This document shows positions 19,330-25,847 of a stretch of DNA of 25,847 bases, piece by piece. Source of the DNA: an uncultured bacterium (lineage in GTDB: Bacteria; Gemmatimonadota; Gemmatimonadetes; Gemmatimonadales; Gemmatimonadaceae); assembly GCA_963978095.1 (NCBI GenBank), contig CAXBQP010000046.1, positions 1 to 25,847 of the forward strand. The letters run 5' to 3'. Below the pieces are notes generated by a model, which saw nothing but the letters and a program-made list of their open reading frames with translations, was not told the origin of the DNA and made no database searches. Positions within the stretch are counted from its first letter, which is position 1; every line of letters starts with the position of its first letter. The position numbers were made by a program, and so were the translations under genes.

Positions 19330-20189
19330 CCATGCGCGTCGGCCGGATCCCCTACATCAACTGCTATCCCGTGTACGGTGCCGTGGATCGCGGGATCGTT
19401 CCGCTTGCCGGATCGATCGTCGATGGGGTTCCCACCGCGCTGAATCGCCGCATGGCCGACGGGACCCTCGATGTGAGTGTGGTGTCGGCCGTGGAATATG
19501 CCCGCGACTGGGAGCGGTATTTGCTCCTGCCGGACCTCGCGATTTCGTGCGATGGCCCGGTCCGGAGTGTGATGCTCTTCAGCAATCAACCGGCCGAATC
19601 GCTGCATGGCCGTTCGGTGGTGGTGAGCCGCTCGTCGATGACGAGTGTGCACCTGCTCGAACTGCTGTTCGAGCACGTGTGGAAGGCCAGCCCCGTGTTC
19701 GTGCCGGGCGATGCGGAAGCGGCCGATTTGGTGGATCCTCCCGGCACACACGAACCGGCGCGCCTGGTGATCGGCGACGCCGCGCTGATGCTGGCTTCGG
19801 GGGCCCTGCGCCCGTGCCATGCCGATCGCACGACGTACGAGTACCGTTACGTGTACGATCTCGGCAGCGTCTGGAAGGAGTGGACCGGGATGCCGTTCGT
19901 GTTCGCGGTCTGGGTGGCGCAGCGGACCGCGCCAACGGCCGCCGCGCTCGGTGTGCACGCGTCCCTGATCGCCTCGCGCGATTGGGGGCTCGCCCATCGG
20001 GACGTCCTGGCGCAGCAGGCGCACGAGCGCACCGGTGTTCCATATGCCGCATGCCTGACATACCTCTCCGGCCTCGACTACGGACTCAGCTATCCGCATC
20101 TCGGGGGACTCACCGAGTTCTACCGTCGTTTGACCCTGGCGGGGAAAGTCGCGCCGGGGCGCCTCGCGTTCCTGTCGGCTGCCGCGTGA
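19326..20189 (+). CDS. mqnA: Chorismate dehydratase MqnA
   Basis: GRIPYINC, ISCDGPVRSV, SMTSV, LVIGDAAL, DLGSVWKEWTGMPFVFAVW. Confidence 0.9.
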   Translation: MTMRVGRIPYINCYPVYGAVDRGIVPLAGSIVDGVPTALNRRMADGTLDVSVVSAVEYARDWERYLLLPDLAISCDGPVRSVMLFSNQPAESLHGRSVVVSRSSMTSVHLLELLFEHVWKASPVFVPGDAEAADLVDPPGTHEPARLVIGDAALMLASGALRPCHADRTTYEYRYVYDLGSVWKEWTGMPFVFAVWVAQRTAPTAAALGVHASLIASRDWGLAHRDVLAQQAHERTGVPYAACLTYLSGLDYGLSYPHLGGLTEFYRRLTLAGKVAPGRLAFLSAAA

Positions 20190-20230
20190 TGCGCACGCGC
20201 GTGGCCTCTATCGTCTCTCTTGGCCGATGA
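20189..20230 (+). other. Candidate 13-aa bridging mini-ORF (MRTRVASIVSLGR)
   Basis: ATG overlaps the mqnA stop (TGATG); its TGA overlaps the mqnC start (ATGA). Confidence 0.35.
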
Positions 20231-21255
20231 AAGACTTACTCGACTGGTACAAGCACGCCCCCTTGCTGGAACTCGGCGCCGAAGCGGACAAGGTGCGCAA
20301 GGCATTGCACCCCGAGGGCGTGGTCACGTACATCGTGGACCGCAACATCAACTACACGAACGTGTGTGTCGCGGATTGCGGCTTCTGCGCCTTTTATCGT
20401 CGTCCCAAGGACGGTGAGGGCTGGACGCTCAGCTACGAGCAGATCGGGGCCAAGATCGATGAAGTGAAGGCCCTCGGGGGCGTGCAGATCCTGATCCAGG
20501 GCGGGCACAATCCCTACATCCCGTTCGAGTGGTATCTGGAACTGCTCCGGTACATCAAGAAGTACCACCCGATCCACATCCACGGATTCAGTCCGAGTGA
20601 AGTGGATTTCTGGAGCACGTTGTACCGGATGGATGCGCGCGATGTGATCCGCGAGTTGGTGAAGGCCGGACTGGACTCGATCCCCGGCGGCGGCGGCGAG
20701 ATCCTTGTGCAGCGGGTCCGCGATTTGGTCGCCAAGAAGAAAGCAGGCGCCGACCGGTGGCTGGACGTCATGGAGATGGCGCACCAGGAAGGACTGAAGA
20801 CGTCGTGCACCATGATGTACGGCATCGGTGAGACGTTGGAGGAGCGGTATGAGCATCTGCAACGCCTGCAAGCCGTGCAGAAGCGAACCAACGGTTTCAC
20901 CGCGTTCATCTGCTGGCCGCTGCAGCCGGAGAACACACCGATGCTGAGCCACATGCCGAAGACGGACGCCGTCGAGTACCTGCGGACCACGGCGTTCGCG
21001 CGTGTCGTGCTCGACACCATTCCGAACATCCAGGCCAGCTGGGTCACGATGGGCATGAAGGTCGGACAGACAGCATTGCATTTCGGCTGCAACGATTTCG
21101 GTTCGCTGATGCTCGAGGAGAATGTGGTGTCGGCGGCCAACACCACCTACCGGACCACGATCGACGAGATGGAACGTCTCATTCGCGAGGCTGGATTCTC
21201 GCCGCGCAAGCGTCGGCAGAACTACCAGCTCATCGAAGCGGACGCGGCGGCCTGA
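20227..21255 (+). CDS. mqnC: Cyclic dehypoxanthinyl futalosine synthase MqnC (radical SAM)
   Basis: VTYIVDRNINYTNVCVADCGFCAFYR (CX3CX2C), IQGG, SIPGGGGEIL, GFTAFICW, QASWVT, DFGSLMLEENVV. Confidence 0.92.
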   Translation: MKDLLDWYKHAPLLELGAEADKVRKALHPEGVVTYIVDRNINYTNVCVADCGFCAFYRRPKDGEGWTLSYEQIGAKIDEVKALGGVQILIQGGHNPYIPFEWYLELLRYIKKYHPIHIHGFSPSEVDFWSTLYRMDARDVIRELVKAGLDSIPGGGGEILVQRVRDLVAKKKAGADRWLDVMEMAHQEGLKTSCTMMYGIGETLEERYEHLQRLQAVQKRTNGFTAFICWPLQPENTPMLSHMPKTDAVEYLRTTAFARVVLDTIPNIQASWVTMGMKVGQTALHFGCNDFGSLMLEENVVSAANTTYRTTIDEMERLIREAGFSPRKRRQNYQLIEADAAA

Positions 21256-21260
21256 TCGCC

Positions 21261-21746
21261 ATGAAGATTCGCGTGGGCATCGGCTACGACTCGCACCGGT
21301 TCATCGACGGCGACGGCGTGATTCTCGGCGGTGTGAAGGTCCCATCGGACAAGTCACTCGTCGGTCACTCGGACGCCGACGCCGTGTGTCACGCCGTCAC
21401 GGATGCGATCCTTGGCGGCTCCGGACTCGGCGACATCGGGGAGATGTTCCCGGACAACGACGACGTGAATCGTGGGCGTGATTCGCTCGAGATGCTGCGG
21501 CTGGCCGTGCGCCGCGTGCGCGAGGCGGGTTGGGCCGCCGTGCAGGTCGACCTGAGCATCATCGCGGAAGAACCGAAGATCGGACGCCATCGCGAGCGCA
21601 TCCGGGCCAAGCTGGCCGGAGCACTCGGGGTCGAACCGAGCGCCGTCATGGTGAAGGGAAAGACGAACGAGAAGATGGGCTGGATCGGCAAAGGGAAAGG
21701 GCTGGCCGTCATTGCCGTGTGCACCCTGGAGTCCGTTGCCACGTGA
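21261..21746 (+). CDS. ispF: 2-C-methyl-D-erythritol 2,4-cyclodiphosphate synthase
   Basis: RVGIGYDSHRF, GHSDAD, HAVTDAILG, GDIGEMFPD, KGKTNEKMG. Confidence 0.94.
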   Translation: MKIRVGIGYDSHRFIDGDGVILGGVKVPSDKSLVGHSDADAVCHAVTDAILGGSGLGDIGEMFPDNDDVNRGRDSLEMLRLAVRRVREAGWAAVQVDLSIIAEEPKIGRHRERIRAKLAGALGVEPSAVMVKGKTNEKMGWIGKGKGLAVIAVCTLESVAT

Positions 21747-21778
21747 GTGATGTCCACGACCACGGGCCGCTGACGTGA
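21743..21778 (+). other. Candidate 11-aa bridging mini-ORF (MSDVHDHGPLT)
   Basis: GTG overlaps the ispF stop (GTGA); its TGA overlaps the dedA GTG start (GTGA). Confidence 0.3.
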
Positions 21779-22440
21779 ACGCGCTGCTGGATACCATCCA
21801 AGGGTGGCTGGCCACGATTCCGATTCCGGGGCTGTACGTGCTCCTCGGCATCGTGGCTTTCATCGAAGGAATCTTTCCGCCGTTGCCGGCGGATCTGGTG
21901 GTCGCCCTTGGCAGTTTCCTAGCGGCCCGCCGCGGCGCGACTTTGCCGGCCACCGCCGCCTCGATCGTCGTTGGAAGTGTGGCGGGTGCCATGGTCGTGT
22001 ACGGGGTGGCCCGCCGATTCGGCGCCGTGTGGCTCCATGAGCGCCTCAAGAGGGCCGGCGTCGAGAATCTGGAGCAGCGTCTTGAAGTCATGTACTCGAA
22101 GTACGGGCTGACCGCGCTGTTCGTGAGCCGATTCCTCCCGGGGCTCCGGGCGATCACCCCACCAATGGCGGGGGCCACACGGATCCCTCCGATTCGCACG
22201 ACGCTCGTTTTTCTGGCGGCATCGGCGGTGTGGTACGGGGCCATCTCGTGGATCGCGTTCACGGTCGGGGATGATTGGACGCAGATGCAGCGGATGGTCC
22301 GTCGATTTGCCCGTCAGGTCGGAGTGGTGGCCGCCATCGCGGCAGGACTCATCGCGGTGATCGCGATCGTCGTGATCCGCCGACGCGCCGCAGCCAAGGT
22401 CGCCGCCGCACTCGAACGCACCGGCTCCGGAACGGAATGA
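21775..22440 (+). CDS. DedA family membrane protein
   Basis: EGIFPPLPAD and SRFLPGLR DedA motifs; hydrophobic profile. Confidence 0.88.
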   Translation: MNALLDTIQGWLATIPIPGLYVLLGIVAFIEGIFPPLPADLVVALGSFLAARRGATLPATAASIVVGSVAGAMVVYGVARRFGAVWLHERLKRAGVENLEQRLEVMYSKYGLTALFVSRFLPGLRAITPPMAGATRIPPIRTTLVFLAASAVWYGAISWIAFTVGDDWTQMQRMVRRFARQVGVVAAIAAGLIAVIAIVVIRRRAAAKVAAALERTGSGTE

Positions 22441-23348
22441 CGGCGCCGGGCGGGGATGCCAGAGCGTTCCTCGTCGAGCGGTTTCAGGAATATCTCGCTC
22501 TCGAGGACGGTGCATCCGCGCTGACGATCGAGGCGTACGGCCGAGATCTGCAGCAGCTCGTCCGATGGTGTGCCGGCAGGGGGATCACCGATCCGGCGGA
22601 GCTCACCAGCGCCGCGTTGCGCGAGTTCGTGTATGCGCTCAAGGACCTGTCACGATCGCCGGCCACCATCCGGCGGGTCGTGTCGGCCGTGCACACCTGG
22701 TTCGCGTTCCTCCTGGCGGAAGGGGTCGTGCGCGCCGACCCGAGCGAACGCCTCGAAACGCCCAAGCGATGGCGCACGCTGCCCGAGGTTCTCTCCGTCG
22801 ACGAGGTGTCACGCCTCTTGTCGGCAGTCTCCCTCGATGAGCCGATGGTCTTCCGCGACCGGGCGATGCTCGAGCTGGCGTACGGCGCCGGACTTCGGGT
22901 CAGCGAGTGGATCGGCATCGAAGTCAAGGATCTGCTCCTGGAAGACCACGTGATCCGCGTGTTCGGCAAGGGAAGCAAGGAGCGCCTGGTGCCGATCGGC
23001 CGAACCGCGATCGGGGCGGCAGGAATGTACCTGCGCGAACTGCGACCGACGCTGGAGCGGGGAGAGGGGAAGGGGAAACTTTTTCTCACTGCGCGTGGGC
23101 GGCCCCTGTCCCGGATGTATGCGTGGCGGATTCTGCGGAAATATGTCGAGCGGGCCGGCATCGAGAAGCATGTCAGTCCGCACACGCTGCGGCATTCGTT
23201 CGCGACGCACCTGCTGGAGGGCGGCGCCGACCTGCGCGCCGTCCAGGAGATGCTCGGGCACGCCGATATCTCAACCACCCAGATCTATACGCATGTCGAC
23301 CGCGAGTACCTTCGCTCGGTGCACCGGCAGTTCCACCCGCGCGGTTGA
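22437..23348 (+). CDS. xerD: Site-specific tyrosine recombinase XerD
   Basis: TIEAYGRDL, RDRAMLELAYGAGLRVSE, GKGSKERLVP, SPHTLRHSFATHLLEGGADLRAVQEMLGH, TTQIYTHV, FHPR end; ATG 22437 overlaps the dedA stop. Confidence 0.9.
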   Translation: MTAPGGDARAFLVERFQEYLALEDGASALTIEAYGRDLQQLVRWCAGRGITDPAELTSAALREFVYALKDLSRSPATIRRVVSAVHTWFAFLLAEGVVRADPSERLETPKRWRTLPEVLSVDEVSRLLSAVSLDEPMVFRDRAMLELAYGAGLRVSEWIGIEVKDLLLEDHVIRVFGKGSKERLVPIGRTAIGAAGMYLRELRPTLERGEGKGKLFLTARGRPLSRMYAWRILRKYVERAGIEKHVSPHTLRHSFATHLLEGGADLRAVQEMLGHADISTTQIYTHVDREYLRSVHRQFHPRG

Positions 23349-23377
23349 TGCGCGTCCCCGGCATCCACGCGTTCCGC

Positions 23378-23383
23378 TAGATT
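23378..23383 (+). promoter_or_regulatory. Candidate -10 box, leaderless promoter of the pabA/trpG fusion gene
   Basis: GC-TAGATT-CCCCCT-ATG, nearly identical to GC-TATAAT-TCCCCC-ATG before the PMM/PGM gene; no SD. Confidence 0.55.
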
Positions 23384-23389
23384 CCCCCT

Positions 23390-25096
23390 ATGCTGCTTGT
23401 CATCGATAACTACGACTCGTTCACCTACAATCTCGTGCAGTACTTCGGCGAACTGGGTGAGCGTCCGCGCGTTGTGCGCAACGACGAACTGACTGTCGAC
23501 GCCGTCGGCGCCCTGAACCCCGACGCCATCGTGCTGTCGCCCGGCCCCGGCGCCCCGGCGCACGCCGGCATCTGCATCCCGGTCATCCGGCGCTATGGCG
23601 CATCCGTACCGCTGCTTGGCGTCTGTCTGGGCCATCAGGCAATCGGCGAGGCCTACGGCGGAACGGTGATTCGCGCGCCGCGCGGCGTGATGCACGGCAA
23701 GACCAGCCGGATTCGCCACGACGGCACGTCGCTCTTCGCCGGCCTCGAGGATCCCCTCGAGGTCATGCGTTACCACTCGTTGGTCATCGAACACGCCACG
23801 ATCCCGGCGGAACTTCGCGTGACGGCCAAGGCGGTAGACGATCCCACGGAGATCCACGCGGTGCAGCATCGACGTCATCCGGTCTGGGGGGTCCAGTTCC
23901 ATCCCGAGTCTATCTTGACGCAGCAGGGTAAGCAGTTGCTTCAGAACTTCCTCCACCTGGCGCGCGGGGGCGCGGGGCGCGCCGTCCTCGGGACCCTGCT
24001 CGCGGGGTGGGCGATGCTGTCCGCGCTCATCGCGCCGCTTCAGGCACAGGAGGTCTACTCGACCCCAACGCTTGAGGGCCCCCGCGCGACGGCAGCGAGC
24101 GCCTACGTGGTGTCACGCATGTCCGCGGGGTTCGCGGGCGCCATTCTCGTGGCCCACCACGGAAAAGTCGTCTTGCGTGGTGGCTACGGTATGGCCAACC
24201 GCGAGCGCGGGATTCCATGGAGCACCTCGATCGTGGCGCCGCTCGGTTCGGTGACCAAGGTATTCACCGCCGCCGCCGTCGTGGACCTCTGGGACCGCAA
24301 GTTACTGGCACCCTCGGACAAGCTCGGGAAGTTCTTCCCCCGATTCACGACCGCGTCCACGGCAGACCTGACGGTCCAGCAGTTGTTGACGCACACCTCG
24401 GGGTTGGACACGTTCAGCGGCGATGATTTCGAAAAGATCGGCCTGAGCGAGTTCCTGACCCGCACGCTCGGGAGCGCGCCCAAGAGTGCGCCGGGGACGA
24501 TGCGCACGTCGAACATCGGATTCAGCCTGCTCGCGGCCATCGTCGAACGGGTCGGTGGGCTGTCGATGGACAGTTTCCTGCGCCGGCGTCTGTTCAACTT
24601 CGTCGGGATGACGCATACCGGATACAATCTGCCGAACCTCCCGAGCGATTCGATGGCGGTGGGGTACCTGAACGATATCCGTCGCGGCACGTTGATCGAT
24701 TCGCTGGCACCGCTCGGGGCGGATTTCTGGAACTTGTACGGGAACGGCGGCATGCAGGGCTCGGCGGAGGAGCTGTACCTCTGGGTCCGCGCGCTCGCCG
24801 ACGGGAAGGTACTGTCTGCCCAAGGACGCCGAGCCATGTGGGCCCCTCAGGCCCGGCGCCCCGATGGGGCGGAATACGGTTACGGCTGGTCCGTGCGGCG
24901 GGACGCCAAGGGGGAGCTGGAGCAGGTCAGCAACAGCGGTTCGGACGGCGTGTTCCTGGCCAGCCTCAACTATTTCCCGCAAGAGGATCTGTTCGTGTCC
25001 GTCGTCAGCAACGTCGGGGGGCGCGAAAGCATGATCAGCAACACCATTTCGGGGGTGCTCCGGGTGATGCTCGGCGGCGAGTCGCCGACCCCGTAG
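23390..25096 (+). CDS. Fusion: anthranilate/aminodeoxychorismate synthase component II (class I GATase, aa 1-~190) + signal-peptide-like helix + beta-lactamase-family serine hydrolase (aa ~220-568)
   Basis: N-half: IDNYDSFTYNLVQY, LSPGPG, GVCLGHQ, MHGK, MRYHSL, GVQFHPES. C-half: GYGMANRE, SxxK in GSVTK, LLTHTSGL, LLAAIVERVGG, GNGG, YGYGW. One uninterrupted frame. Confidence 0.85.
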   Translation: MLLVIDNYDSFTYNLVQYFGELGERPRVVRNDELTVDAVGALNPDAIVLSPGPGAPAHAGICIPVIRRYGASVPLLGVCLGHQAIGEAYGGTVIRAPRGVMHGKTSRIRHDGTSLFAGLEDPLEVMRYHSLVIEHATIPAELRVTAKAVDDPTEIHAVQHRRHPVWGVQFHPESILTQQGKQLLQNFLHLARGGAGRAVLGTLLAGWAMLSALIAPLQAQEVYSTPTLEGPRATAASAYVVSRMSAGFAGAILVAHHGKVVLRGGYGMANRERGIPWSTSIVAPLGSVTKVFTAAAVVDLWDRKLLAPSDKLGKFFPRFTTASTADLTVQQLLTHTSGLDTFSGDDFEKIGLSEFLTRTLGSAPKSAPGTMRTSNIGFSLLAAIVERVGGLSMDSFLRRRLFNFVGMTHTGYNLPNLPSDSMAVGYLNDIRRGTLIDSLAPLGADFWNLYGNGGMQGSAEELYLWVRALADGKVLSAQGRRAMWAPQARRPDGAEYGYGWSVRRDAKGELEQVSNSGSDGVFLASLNYFPQEDLFVSVVSNVGGRESMISNTISGVLRVMLGGESPTP

Positions 25097-25196
25097 GCGT
25101 CAGCCTTAGAACCGACCGCCACGTCACCTAAACCACGCCGGATCAAGACCTTCCGCCTCGTGATCGGCCGCGGGAGGCCGTAGTTCGGTCCGCGCT

Positions 25197-25225
25197 TTGC
25201 GCTCGCGAGGTCCGAGGCCTATATT
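25197..25225 (+). promoter_or_regulatory. sigma70-type promoter upstream of kdsB
   Basis: TTGCGC (25197-25202), 17 nt, TATATT (25220-25225). Confidence 0.65.
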
Positions 25226-25232
25226 CCGTGGC

Positions 25233-25277
25233 GTGGATTTTGCGTATGCGCCCCCGATGCCAGCGGTGCTTTTGTGA
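25233..25277 (+). other. Candidate 14-aa leaderless uORF (MDFAYAPPMPAVLL)
   Basis: GTG 7 nt after the -10 box; TGA 25275-25277 overlaps the kdsB GTG (GTGA); kdsB lacks an SD. Confidence 0.4.
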
Positions 25278-25847
25278 GCGCCTTGGTCGTCATCCCCGCT
25301 CGTCTCGGGGCCACGCGGCTCCCCCGTAAACCGCTGCGACTCCTCGGTGGTCAGCCGATCATCGTGCGTGTGTGGGAACGGGTGCGTGCCATGCCCCTCG
25401 ATGCCAGGATCGTGATTGCCACCGATGCCGAAGAGGTGGCATTGGCCTGTCAGGCCGTCGGCGCCGAGGTCGTGCTGACGCGATCGGACCACCCCTCTGG
25501 TACTGACCGGGTCGCGGAAGTCGCCGCGAGGCCCGAATTCGGCGGGTTTGAGGTCATCGTGAATGTCCAGGGGGACGAGCCCTACATCAACAGTGATGCG
25601 GTGCTTGGGGCGGCCGCCCTCGTCCGCAGCGGACGGTTCCCGCTCGGTACGGCAGCCTCGCACGCGCCGACCGGGATTCTCACGAATCCGGATGTCGTGA
25701 AGGTCGTGACGTCGTCCGAAGGGCGCGCGCTGTATTTCAGTCGTGCCCCGATTCCATTCCTGCGGGATCAGGCCGATCGGGCGCTCCAGGACGCGATCCT
25801 CAAGCAGCACATCGGGGTATATGCGTACACCCCGGCGGCACTGCAGC
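25274..25847 (+). CDS. kdsB: 3-deoxy-manno-octulosonate cytidylyltransferase (CMP-Kdo synthetase), 5' part, runs off window
   Basis: Hand translation from GTG 25274: MSALVVIPARLGATRLPRKPL...IATD...HPSGTDRVAE...IVNVQGDEP...NPDVVKVV...ALYFSRAPIP...HIGVYAY. Not in the ORF track because it has no stop in the window. Confidence 0.95.
   Translation, partial: MSALVVIPARLGATRLPRKPLRLLGGQPIIVRVWERVRAMPLDARIVIATDAEEVALACQAVGAEVVLTRSDHPSGTDRVAEVAARPEFGGFEVIVNVQGDEPYINSDAVLGAAALVRSGRFPLGTAASHAPTGILTNPDVVKVVTSSEGRALYFSRAPIPFLRDQADRALQDAILKQHIGVYAYTPAALQ

Noticed and set aside
12856..21255. fab genes plus two radical SAM enzymes as a novel type II PKS or modified-lipid cluster
   Set aside because: The fab genes are the standard rpmF-plsX-fabHDG-acpP-fabF set, and the radical SAM genes match MqnE and MqnC flanking MqnA.
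22437..23348. Tyrosine recombinase as a marker of a prophage, integron or genomic island
   Set aside because: Sequence is typical chromosomal XerD, coupled to housekeeping genes; no att or attC sites, tRNA, direct repeats or cargo seen.
25124..25810. 228-aa minus-strand ORF at the window end
   Set aside because: It is the antisense shadow of kdsB on the + strand.

Overview
GC-rich bacterial chromosomal segment with every supportable gene on the + strand and many overlapping stop/start codons. Order: 3' end of nuoG, nuoHIJKLMN (respiratory complex I), phosphomannomutase/phosphoglucomutase, sucCD, ndk, yceD(DUF177)-rpmF-plsX-fabH-fabD-fabG-acpP-fabF, futalosine-pathway genes mqnE-mqnA-mqnC, ispF, a DedA-family gene, xerD, a PabA/TrpG glutamine amidotransferase fused in frame to a signal-peptide-like segment and a beta-lactamase-fold serine hydrolase, and the 5' part of kdsB (absent from the ORF track). 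Gene order and style look Gemmatimonadota-like to me (inference, unchecked). No rRNA, tRNA, CRISPR or mobile element seen; most of the window is housekeeping. Main points for follow-up: (1) the GATase-hydrolase fusion and its altered active-site motifs; (2) -10 boxes followed 6-8 nt later by a start codon (leaderless mRNAs), two of which open 14-codon uORFs ending on the acpP and kdsB starts, plus 10-26-codon mini-ORFs bridging gaps from one gene's stop to the next gene's start; (3) a CX5CX2C motif in MqnE; (4) an 11-bp perfect palindrome around the -35 box of the yceD-fab promoter.
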